The notes below the pieces were generated by a model. It searched no databases, was not told the DNA's origin, and saw nothing but the letters and a program-made list of their open reading frames with translations. The translations under genes were made by a program, and so were the position numbers. Source: Sinorhizobium meliloti (lineage in GTDB: Bacteria > Pseudomonadota > Alphaproteobacteria > Rhizobiales > Rhizobiaceae). From it: DNA of 32,000 nucleotides. Location of the stretch: assembly GCF_017876815.1 (NCBI RefSeq), contig NZ_JAGIOS010000001.1, positions 240,001 to 272,000 of the forward strand, in the 5' to 3' direction. Shown here piece by piece: positions 8,910 through 16,725 of the stretch. Position 1 is the stretch's first letter. The number at the start of each line of letters is the position of its first letter.

Positions 8910-9323
8910 ATGAATTTCCGCATGATGACGGCGGGCGCCCTCGGGCTGCTTCTTGCCGGCTGCACGACGACGACCGGGATCACGAGAAATGCGGTCGAGG
9001 CACGCTGGCTCGGCCAGCCGGCGGGGCCATTCTTCGCCCAGTTCGGCCCCCCCATTTCCGACGTCGAAGCGGGCGGCGACACCGTCTATAGCTGGAAGGG
9101 CGGTTACAAGACGCGCAAGATCGCGGCAGAATACGAAAAGACCGCCGACGGCAAACGCGGCAAGCGCATCTCGGCCCCGCGCACGGAATATCTGAGCTGC
9201 TCCGTTCAGCTCACCGTCTCCTCCGACTACGTCATCCGCGCGATCCGGATCGTCGGCGACCGCAAGCGTCCGAACGGCCCGACCTGGTGCGAGGAGTTTC
9301 TGGGCGGCGCAAAGGCGGAATAG
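8910..9323 (+). CDS. Lipoprotein, function unknown
   Basis: AAGGGA Shine-Dalgarno upstream of the ATG at 8910. Lipobox LLLAGC. The upstream part of ORF 8787 is Arg-rich and unlikely to be coding. Confidence 0.75.
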   Translation: MNFRMMTAGALGLLLAGCTTTTGITRNAVEARWLGQPAGPFFAQFGPPISDVEAGGDTVYSWKGGYKTRKIAAEYEKTADGKRGKRISAPRTEYLSCSVQLTVSSDYVIRAIRIVGDRKRPNGPTWCEEFLGGAKAE

Positions 9324-9350
9324 GCAGCCCGATCCGCCCCGGATACCCCC

Positions 9351-9376
9351 GGCCCGCTGCCGAAAGCCAGCGGGCC
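9351..9376. terminator. Hairpin between convergent genes (no clear U-tract)
   Basis: ggcccgctg-N8-cagcgggcc, a 9-bp perfect stem between the lipoprotein stop (9323) and the channel stop (9407). Confidence 0.35.
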
Positions 9377-9406
9377 TGCTTCGTCATCCGGAACTGCCTT
9401 TCATAC

Positions 9407-12022
9407 TCATTCGCCGGCGGCCTCGGCGGCACTCTTCCGGCGCTTCGCGCGCGTTTGCCCCGGCTGAGAAGATGCTGGGGCCGGCGTCGCGGCTCGGCCA
9501 TCGAACAGCTCGCGGACCAGCCCTTCGATGCTGGCGAGATCGCGAAGATGGATTTCGCGCTGGCCAAACGGCATTTCGATCTTTTCCTCGCGGAAGCGCC
9601 TGGCGATTTCGAAACGCATATCGCTCGCCGCGCCCGCATCGGCGTTGATGTTGCCAACGTGGCAGAACAAGGTGAACTGCAGGGCATCGGCTCCGAAATC
9701 GGTGAACGAAACGAAAGGCTCCGGAATTTTCAAGACGCGCGGATTGTCCATGGCGATTTCCAGCAGCACCCGCCTCACCTGCTCCGGGTCCGAATCATAG
9801 GAGACCCCCACCGGAATCTTCAGGCGCGCCGAGAAGTCGCCATGCATCCAGTTGACCACCTGGCCGCTGATCAGGTCGGCATTGGGTACGATCACGGTCA
9901 CATTGTCGAATGTCTGGATCTGGGTAGCCCTGACGCTGACGCGCTGGACGATCCCCATGTTCTGGCCGACTTCGATGCGGTCCCCGACCTTGAAGGGCCG
10001 TTCGGCGAGCAGGATGATCCCGCTGACGAAGTTGTTGACGATGGACTGGAGGCCGAAACCGATACCGACGGACAGCGCGCTGGCAACGATGGCGACGTTC
10101 TGAAGATTGAGACCCGCATAGGAAAAGGCCACGAGACCTGCGATCGCCGCGCCGACATAGCCGACGCCCGTATGGATCGAGGTCCTGAGGCCGGCATCGA
10201 GGCTGGTTTGCGGCAAGAGGCGGCCGTCCAGCCACCTCTGAAAGCCGCGCGTCGCGACGATTACGATGATGAAGACGACGATCGCGCCGAGAATAGCCGA
10301 AGGCGAAAACGAGAAGCCGCCGATCTCGAAACCGAAAAAGGCGGAGGCGAAGGTGCCGACCACGTCCTCCGATTGGATGCCCCAGGGCGCAAGAAGGGCC
10401 ATGATGGCAATCATGATCACGACCAGACGCGCGAAGCCCGCGAGGATCACGCCGATCTGGCTGATCGTGTTGGGCTTGAACCCGATCGCCTGCCGCATGA
10501 AGCCGCCGATCCGGGTCTGTACCGAAAAGCCGTAGGAAATCGCCTCGTCGGCAAGGCGTAGCAAGAGCACGAGGCTCATCAGCACTGCCGTCGTGAAGAC
10601 GATCTGGAGCGCAGCGAAGCGGCCGAAGGCCACAAAGCCTGCGAGCGGTGCAACGACGGTCAGAGCGGCGACCGCCCAGGTCACCGGAATCAGGAGTCGC
10701 CAGGTTGAGCTCGCTCCCTGCTGGCTCTCGTCGTCGTCTTCGCGAGCGACGAATCTGAGCGCGATCATGGCGAGGATGCCGAGCGCGACGGCACCGAGGC
10801 CTTGTGCCGCGACCGCGAAGGACAAGGGCGCATGCGTCGCCTTCAGGAAGGCATCGAGGGCAAGGCCGCCGGCGATGATCACCGCCATCGCAACGATGAC
10901 CGGAATCAATTTCTCCGCCGCCGCGTCGGTGACGTCGACGAGCCGCCAGCTCGGCCGTTCGGGCGCGAGTACAGCGATGGAGAGGCCGTAGAAGAAGGAC
11001 GCGAAGGTCAGCCCGAAGAACACGGGCCTCAGGACCGCCGCCAGATCTGCAGGCAGGACACCGAGAATGGACATCGCCTGATAGAGCACGAAGAAGGCGA
11101 TGGCCGGGATCAGGAGATTGGCAAGCGTGATGGCTGCTGCTGCGGTCGCCCTGGCGAGCCCGGATGGGTGAAGCACCGAAGGGTCGCGGCTCGTGCGCCG
11201 GGTCAGCCAGCGCCGGCCCGGCGACAGAAGGAAGGCGGCGAAGCCTATGACGACGACGAGAACGCCTGCGGCCGAACGGCCGGTGCGCTCGATCAGGGCA
11301 CCGAACCAGTGTCCGACAACGCCGGACTGGTTGGCGAGCGTCTCCGGCGTCGCGGCGGCCAGATCGAACCAGAAGGAAGGATCGGCAAGGCTTTGCGAGC
11401 GCTGCAGGATAGAGCTCGTGAAGAGGGCGCGCCGCCGTTCTCCGATAATGTCGATGTTCTGCTGTGCGCGCAGCGCGATGAAATCCGCCTGCTGCACTAT
11501 GCCCTGAAGACCGGCCGCCTCCGCCTGGAGCTGCGCATGTTCGAGCTTGATCGCTTCGGCCTGACTGCGGGCGGCCTGCTCATCGGCAGGCTTCAACTGC
11601 TCGACACGTTGATTGACCGCCTGCAGTCGCGGTTGCAGCTTCGCCTTGAGCCCGGCGGCATGCATGGGAATGGTACCGAGCTGCCTGCGCAGATCGGAGA
11701 GGGTGACGTCGTCGATGCGCTCGGCCTGGAGCCCACGCTCCACGCGTTCCAGCGTCGCCCGCCAGGCATCGATGCGTGCCTGTTCCTCCGGAAAGGCTTG
11801 CGGCGGCAATGCCGGCGCAGCATCCGCCTGGCTCGCCCCCTCGGCACCGGTTGCCGCGCCCGCTTCCGGCTGCGCTCCACTCTCCTGAGCGAGGGCGACT
11901 GATGAAAATGCCACCAGAAACGCGACGAGAAGCAAGCGAAACAATGCCCCGGCCGAAAGGTTCGGCGCCCCGAAAAGATTGCCCGCCGCGCAAGCGCGAC
12001 GAAGTATTCGCATGCTCGTCAT
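9407..12022 (-). CDS. Large mechanosensitive ion channel (MscS domain, MscK/KefA-like with periplasmic coiled-coil N-domain)
   Basis: The start MTSMRILRR.. at 12022 is followed by a signal-like segment ending ALAQE, a Gln/Ala-rich coiled coil and many TM helices. The MscS core is GIGFGLQSIVNNFVSGIILLAERPFKVGDRIEV. The first 85 codons of ORF 9407..12277 are rejected. Confidence 0.9.
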   Translation of the reverse strand: MTSMRILRRACAAGNLFGAPNLSAGALFRLLLVAFLVAFSSVALAQESGAQPEAGAATGAEGASQADAAPALPPQAFPEEQARIDAWRATLERVERGLQAERIDDVTLSDLRRQLGTIPMHAAGLKAKLQPRLQAVNQRVEQLKPADEQAARSQAEAIKLEHAQLQAEAAGLQGIVQQADFIALRAQQNIDIIGERRRALFTSSILQRSQSLADPSFWFDLAAATPETLANQSGVVGHWFGALIERTGRSAAGVLVVVIGFAAFLLSPGRRWLTRRTSRDPSVLHPSGLARATAAAAITLANLLIPAIAFFVLYQAMSILGVLPADLAAVLRPVFFGLTFASFFYGLSIAVLAPERPSWRLVDVTDAAAEKLIPVIVAMAVIIAGGLALDAFLKATHAPLSFAVAAQGLGAVALGILAMIALRFVAREDDDESQQGASSTWRLLIPVTWAVAALTVVAPLAGFVAFGRFAALQIVFTTAVLMSLVLLLRLADEAISYGFSVQTRIGGFMRQAIGFKPNTISQIGVILAGFARLVVIMIAIMALLAPWGIQSEDVVGTFASAFFGFEIGGFSFSPSAILGAIVVFIIVIVATRGFQRWLDGRLLPQTSLDAGLRTSIHTGVGYVGAAIAGLVAFSYAGLNLQNVAIVASALSVGIGFGLQSIVNNFVSGIILLAERPFKVGDRIEVGQNMGIVQRVSVRATQIQTFDNVTVIVPNADLISGQVVNWMHGDFSARLKIPVGVSYDSDPEQVRRVLLEIAMDNPRVLKIPEPFVSFTDFGADALQFTLFCHVGNINADAGAASDMRFEIARRFREEKIEMPFGQREIHLRDLASIEGLVRELFDGRAATPAPASSQPGQTRAKRRKSAAEAAGE

Positions 12023-12173
12023 TTTCAGTCCCTGTTCCGCAACCGCTTCATGTGTTTGCCGAGCGCGATCAGGTCGAGCCCGGGAGATCGGGGGGAACAA
12101 TAAGATTGCTCGCCGGAATATCCAACCCGCCGGCTGAATTGAGTCGATTGCCGGCGATGAACTGCGGGGCGCC

Positions 12174-12770
12174 TCAGAGCGCGCTTGCAGTACTCTGCGT
12201 TTTCTCCGACAAGCATTGGGTGTAGTTTTCGAAGGCGTACTCCAAGGCGATAAAAGATACATCTTCGCCGAGACCATGCACCGCCAGATTTATTCGGCTT
12301 ATTCCGTCCTTAAGCCTTGATCCATATGCAACGGACCACTCGCGCCGGTACGTCCGCTCGTTCTCCGTTACGGACATTACCCAGTCGCGGTTTTCGCTCC
12401 AGCGCGAACCTTCCTTGAGAGACTTGAAGTCCTTCCCCTGGCCATAGATATCTTCGAGTTCGCGTACTATCTCGTCAAACTTCGCCCGAACCTTCGTACC
12501 GAGCCGATCCGCCGTAAACATCACCGATCCGGCGTTTACGCGGCAAACACCGACAGTTTCGCTTATCTCTGCGGAATATACTTCGAAAGCAGGGTGACGC
12601 CTGGGCACGGTACAAAGCTTGTAGACGCCATAATGCGAAGGCTCATGGACTATCCGCAGAGAGTCCTTCCTCTGCCCTTGTTCAATGCCGAATGGTCCTG
12701 CCCACGCTGCAAAAGCAGACAACAATACAGTGACAGAAAGCAATGCGGTTTGAAAAATAATGCCATTCAC
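12174..12770 (-). CDS. Secreted hypothetical protein in an AT-rich islet
   Basis: 198-codon ORF with a GTG start. Signal peptide MNGIIFQTALLSVTVLLSAFAAWA. GC and codon usage are visibly lower than in the neighbours. I recognise no domain. Confidence 0.6.
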   Translation of the reverse strand: MNGIIFQTALLSVTVLLSAFAAWAGPFGIEQGQRKDSLRIVHEPSHYGVYKLCTVPRRHPAFEVYSAEISETVGVCRVNAGSVMFTADRLGTKVRAKFDEIVRELEDIYGQGKDFKSLKEGSRWSENRDWVMSVTENERTYRREWSVAYGSRLKDGISRINLAVHGLGEDVSFIALEYAFENYTQCLSEKTQSTASAL

Positions 12771-13102
12771 TCCTCAGCCACTCCACTCCATTCCCTGGCT
12801 TTGGTTGGTATATTTATATTTGACTTATGTCAATAACGAATATTGATATATGAACATATCATAAAATACACCTTAAAGTAACCCATCAGAAGTGAATAGG
12901 TTATGACAACATAACTTATATATTTCAAACCTGGTCATCCAGTATAGTCGTCCATTCTTAGATCGGCAGGGAATTCCCGGAAGACAAGGTCGCTTATTGC
13001 AGCTTATTCTGAAGCCGCGACCTGCCACGCTCATCACAGGCAGCTTCTTCTTCCTCCTTATTCGGGATGGAAGTTCCTTCACTGTCGACGCTTGCGGGGG
13101 TG

Positions 13103-13177
13103 TGGCTGGGGCGCCTGGATTCGAACCAGGGAATGGCGGTACCAAAAACCGCTGCCTTACCGCTTGGCTACGCCCCA
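13103..13177 (-). tRNA. tRNA-Gln (anticodon UUG)
   Basis: Manual cloverleaf: acceptor TGGGGCG/CGCCCCA, anticodon stem GCGGT/ACCGC with loop TTTTGGT, T arm CCTGG-TTCGAAT-CCAGG, encoded CCA. Near-identical in layout to E. coli tRNA-Gln as I remember it. Confidence 0.95.
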
Positions 13178-13430
13178 ACTAAACTGGCGGGAAATCTCTT
13201 CGCCAAATCGAGCGCCTGATTAGCAAAGCTCGTGCGCGCTCACAATGCTTAACTTCGTTTCGCCCGCAGATTTATGCCTTTGAGGCTCGGGCCGCAACGT
13301 CGGTCGAGCAACGGATGGTTCCCTCCCTGTGGCCTTTGGCCTATGGTCGCGCCGACGGGCCGGGAAACCGGTCTTGCCCCGGGAGCGGTCGTGCAAACGG
13401 GACACGGCAGGTGGATGGGAAGCCAGGAAC

Positions 13431-14339
13431 ATGCAAGCTCCGGAATTCGACCTCGATTTCAAGCCCGCCCATGGCGAAGCGGTGAGCGTAGCCGAGGGTG
13501 TCGAGCGCATCACCGTCAACAATCCCGGCCCCTTCACCTTCCATGGCACGAATAGCTACATCGTCGGCCGCCGCTCGGTCGCGGTGATCGATCCGGGCCC
13601 GGAGGACGACGCGCATTTCCATGCGCTGATGGACGCACTCAGAGGTCGCGAAGTGACGCATATCGCCGTCAGCCACACACATCGCGACCACTCTCCGCTC
13701 GTCGGCAGGCTTGCCCGGGCGACCGGCGCAATGGTTGTGGGCGAAGGCCCGCACCGGGCAGCCCGGCCGCTGCATGCCGGCGAGGTCAATCCGTTCGGCG
13801 AAAGTTCGGACATGGATTTCTCGCCCGATGTCGCGCTTTGCGACGGCGCACGCGTCGAAGGCGACGGCTGGAGCCTGACGGCGGTAGCGACGCCGGGGCA
13901 CACGGCCAACCACATGGCCTTCGCGCTCGATGGAACCGGGATCCTCTTTTCCGCCGATCATGTGATGGCCTGGGCGACAAGCATCGTCGCGCCGCCGGAT
14001 GGCGCCATGGCCGATTACATGGCCTCCCTCGATAAGCTGCTCCAGCGCGACGATCGGCTCTACCTGCCCGGGCATGGTGGTCCGGTCAACGAGCCTGCCT
14101 CCTTCGTGCGGGCGTTGAAGGCGCATCGCAGGATGCGCGAGCGCGCGGTGATCGAACGCCTGCGCGCCGGCGACCGGCAGATCGCCGACATGGTAAAGGT
14201 GATCTACGCCTCGACCGACCCGCGGCTGCATGGCGCTGCGGCGCTCTCGCTGCTGGCGCACATCGAAGACCTCATCGAGCAGGGGCGCGTCGAAACAGAG
14301 GGGCCGCCGTCGCTCGCCAGCGCGTACCGGCTGGCGTGA
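13431..14339 (+). CDS. MBL-fold metallo-hydrolase
   Basis: The ATG at 13431 is preceded by AGGAAC. It has the HTHRDH metal-binding motif and downstream His/Asp ligands (TPGHT, LPGHG). Confidence 0.9.
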   Translation: MQAPEFDLDFKPAHGEAVSVAEGVERITVNNPGPFTFHGTNSYIVGRRSVAVIDPGPEDDAHFHALMDALRGREVTHIAVSHTHRDHSPLVGRLARATGAMVVGEGPHRAARPLHAGEVNPFGESSDMDFSPDVALCDGARVEGDGWSLTAVATPGHTANHMAFALDGTGILFSADHVMAWATSIVAPPDGAMADYMASLDKLLQRDDRLYLPGHGGPVNEPASFVRALKAHRRMRERAVIERLRAGDRQIADMVKVIYASTDPRLHGAAALSLLAHIEDLIEQGRVETEGPPSLASAYRLA

Positions 14340-14393
14340 CGCTGGGTCGATCGCTGAAAGGCGCAATTCGGGGCGCAAAACCGCGCGCACTTG

Positions 14394-15302
14394 CTAATCG
14401 CCCGCGATCCCCAGAAGCTCGGCGTCGAGGTCGCGCAGGAACTCCTCGGCAAACATCGCTCCCATGCCCAGGTCATGGCGGCCGTAGCGCGAGGCCACGC
14501 GCAGATCGACGAAGGTCGTTTCCGCCTCTTCGCGCAATCTGATCAGCACGTCGAATCGGAAACCGACGACAAGGCTCCGCCATTCGCCTTGCAGGACGAC
14601 GTCGCTGGATCGCCGTCCCGGTATGCCGTCGTCGACCAGTTGCGTGGGGCGCGCCGTCGGGACGGGGATGACGTTCGGGCCGGCATTCGCTTCCCCGCCT
14701 GCCTCGGGTCGCACGGCGAGGTCTTCGAGATCCGCCCGCGCGTTGTCGGCGCCGAACTCCGCAGTGGTGGCGATTCGCGTCTGCTCGACGACCTTGCGCA
14801 CGCCTTGGAATACGCGGTCCAGCGCCCCTTCGTAGCGCCGGCCGGTAAGCCCCGGATAGGCTTCAACCTGCGCCTCGCGGTCTTCCCGCGTCACCGCACG
14901 CTTGCGCCCGAGCCAGCTTTCCGCGGTTGCCGGCGTCCTGATCCAGGGTGGCGGCGTCAAGGTATCGGTACTGACCTCGTAGAGTGCCGGTCGCGTCAGG
15001 TATTGCACCGCCCCATAACCGAGGAACCCGAGCGGAACCGCCGCGTAGAAGAGTGCCGAGACGGAAGCGGTGCCGCCGATCGCCGCCACCTGCCAAAGGC
15101 GCGTGAGCCCGATCGTTGCCAGCACGACGCCAAGGAGAGCCAAGCCCCCGGCGATCAGCGCCAGCGCCAGAAAGTGCGGCGTCGTCAGAGGACCGAAACG
15201 ATGCGACAGCAGCGACAGCAGAAAAACGATGAATGCGATGCGGGCGATGCGGCGCGCCCAATGGGCCGCGTAGGAATAGGGACGCTCGTACCGGACAATC
15301 AT
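14394..15302 (-). CDS. Membrane-anchored DUF1499-like protein
   Basis: 302-aa ORF with an ATG start, N-terminal TM helices, and a soluble C-terminal domain whose composition is typical of DUF1499 proteins. The opposite-strand ORF 14391..15365 is Arg-rich shadow. Confidence 0.8.
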   Translation of the reverse strand: MIVRYERPYSYAAHWARRIARIAFIVFLLSLLSHRFGPLTTPHFLALALIAGGLALLGVVLATIGLTRLWQVAAIGGTASVSALFYAAVPLGFLGYGAVQYLTRPALYEVSTDTLTPPPWIRTPATAESWLGRKRAVTREDREAQVEAYPGLTGRRYEGALDRVFQGVRKVVEQTRIATTAEFGADNARADLEDLAVRPEAGGEANAGPNVIPVPTARPTQLVDDGIPGRRSSDVVLQGEWRSLVVGFRFDVLIRLREEAETTFVDLRVASRYGRHDLGMGAMFAEEFLRDLDAELLGIAGD

Positions 15303-15595
15303 CTAACGGAATCAATCCCCGAGGCGGAAAAGGACCTCGCCTTTCTTAGACCATGGCTCGGGTAGTGCAAACCCGTATCTTTCCCCCATCGGCGATGGAG
15401 ATCGCCCTATTGAGGGCAAAGAGAGAATGCGGGCGGCGAATATGGCGGCGCCACTCACACGAGTGCCGCAAATTTGCCATTCTCGTTAACCACCTATTCA
15501 GGTTCACTATTTGGCCGGACACACGGCGCTGTAGCATTTGGAGGCATCGGCCGTCGTCGCCGGCAAGAGGCGCGGCAAATCAACGGAGAGACATC

Positions 15596-15985
15596 ATGGC
15601 CGCACAGCAGTCTACCATGGACATCGCCATCCCCGCCCCTCCGCCCCCGGTCGGCGAAGCTGCGATACCCATGGCGCTTCTCGAGTTGGAGCTTTCGCTC
15701 GACCGCTTCTCCGGCGACAAGGACGATTTCGTCGGCTTCACCCATAAGGTGGCTCACGACATCGGCGCCGAACTGCTCTTCATCCTGCCGGCTTCCGGTC
15801 TTGTCGACGATTGCGTGACGATCGCCGCGGTACGCCACGGCCAGGCGGAGGACAAGACACCTATCATCCTGTTCATCTGTCTCGCGCAGGACGGCACCAC
15901 CATCCGCGTCGAGCAGCCGAGCGAGCGCACCGCCGGGCTCAAGAGCTTCGCCAACTCCTTCGTCGGCGTCCTCGAGCGGATCTGA
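15596..15985 (+). CDS. Hypothetical protein (129 aa), no recognised domain
   Basis: GGAGAG 7 nt upstream of the ATG at 15596, with protein-like composition after that point. The first 81 codons of ORF 15353 are rejected. Confidence 0.6.
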   Translation: MAAQQSTMDIAIPAPPPPVGEAAIPMALLELELSLDRFSGDKDDFVGFTHKVAHDIGAELLFILPASGLVDDCVTIAAVRHGQAEDKTPIILFICLAQDGTTIRVEQPSERTAGLKSFANSFVGVLERI

Positions 15986-16148
15986 ACTCCGCAGGGCGAT
16001 TGACCGGCGATGCGCAACGGGCGCATGATGTCGCCGAGTTGAATCGCGCCCACGGACTTCTTCTTATGCGTTGCATTATCATGCCTGTCGTCCAGCGGAA
16101 TGCCATCGGTCTCTGTCCCCGCGAAGGGGTGCCGATCAGGAGGCAAGG

Positions 16149-16397
16149 ATGACGACGATGACCATGAGACTGCTTGGCCTTGCAGCCGCGGGGCTGGTGC
16201 TTGCCGCGTGCCAGTCGATGTCGCCGCAGGAACGGCGAGCGAGAGACGAAAATACATGCGCCTCCTACGGCTTCAGAAGGGGCACGGATGCGTTCGCAAC
16301 CTGCCTGCAGCGTATAGATCTCGACCGGCGCGCGGAAGCGCGCGCCTTCCGCTATGACAACGACGTTTTCCTGCGCGGCCCCTACCATTGGCATTAG
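16149..16397 (+). CDS. Small lipoprotein (82 aa)
   Basis: AGGAGG 5 nt upstream of the ATG at 16149. Lipobox VLAAC. It carries the CxSYGFxxGTxAFAxCxQ motif common in small alphaproteobacterial lipoproteins. Confidence 0.7.
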   Translation: MTTMTMRLLGLAAAGLVLAACQSMSPQERRARDENTCASYGFRRGTDAFATCLQRIDLDRRAEARAFRYDNDVFLRGPYHWH

Positions 16398-16480
16398 AGC
16401 GGGATGAGGAAGTGTGTGCGGCCGGAATCATCACGCTGATGATTCCAGGTCGACCCAACCTAAAGTCATCGTGATCATAG
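16395..16480. repeat. Intergenic repeat, family 2 (TAGAGCGGGATG.. type) with embedded 10-bp perfect hairpin
   Basis: tagagcgggatgaggaagtgtgtgcgg is similar to both arms of the element at 19486-19537. The hairpin ggaatcatca-cgc-tgatgattcc lies at 16424-16446. Confidence 0.65.
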
Positions 16481-16501
16481 CGGCTCCGCCGGCCGCGATT
16501 G

Positions 16502-16696
16502 CCCCTCATCCGCCTGCCGGCACCTTCTCCCCGCAAGCGGGGCGAAGGGACGCGCCGAGCACGCCCGATCCCTCATCCACCGTCGCTCCACGAAGCGAGC
16601 AACATCACCATCGGGGGCAAGTAGCGCTGAACGTTGCGACGATTCTCCTTCGCCCCGCGTGCGGGGAGAAGGTGGCCGACAGGCCGGATGAGGGGG
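16502..16696. repeat. Composite mosaic element bounded by about 47-bp inverted copies of the family-1 unit
   Basis: cccctcatccgcctgccggcaccttctccccgcaagcggggcgaagg (16502-16548) is the near-exact reverse complement of ccttcgccccgcgtgcggggagaaggtggccgacaggccggatgaggggg (16647-16696). It is the same unit as at 1478-1524. Confidence 0.8.
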
Positions 16697-16725
16697 ATAT
16701 CCGGTAGCCGGAACGCCCTTGGCCG

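Noticed and set aside
12873-13178. 101-aa minus-strand ORF, including a possible 53-aa Cys-rich peptide from the ATG at 13034 (MSVAGRGFRISCNKRPC..).
   Set aside because: Its 5' part is the tRNA-Gln gene itself. The internal ATG has its AAGGAGG-like sequence about 19 nt away, which is too far. Nothing supports it beyond being open in AT-rich DNA. It is worth a glance in Ribo-seq data but I do not report it as a gene.
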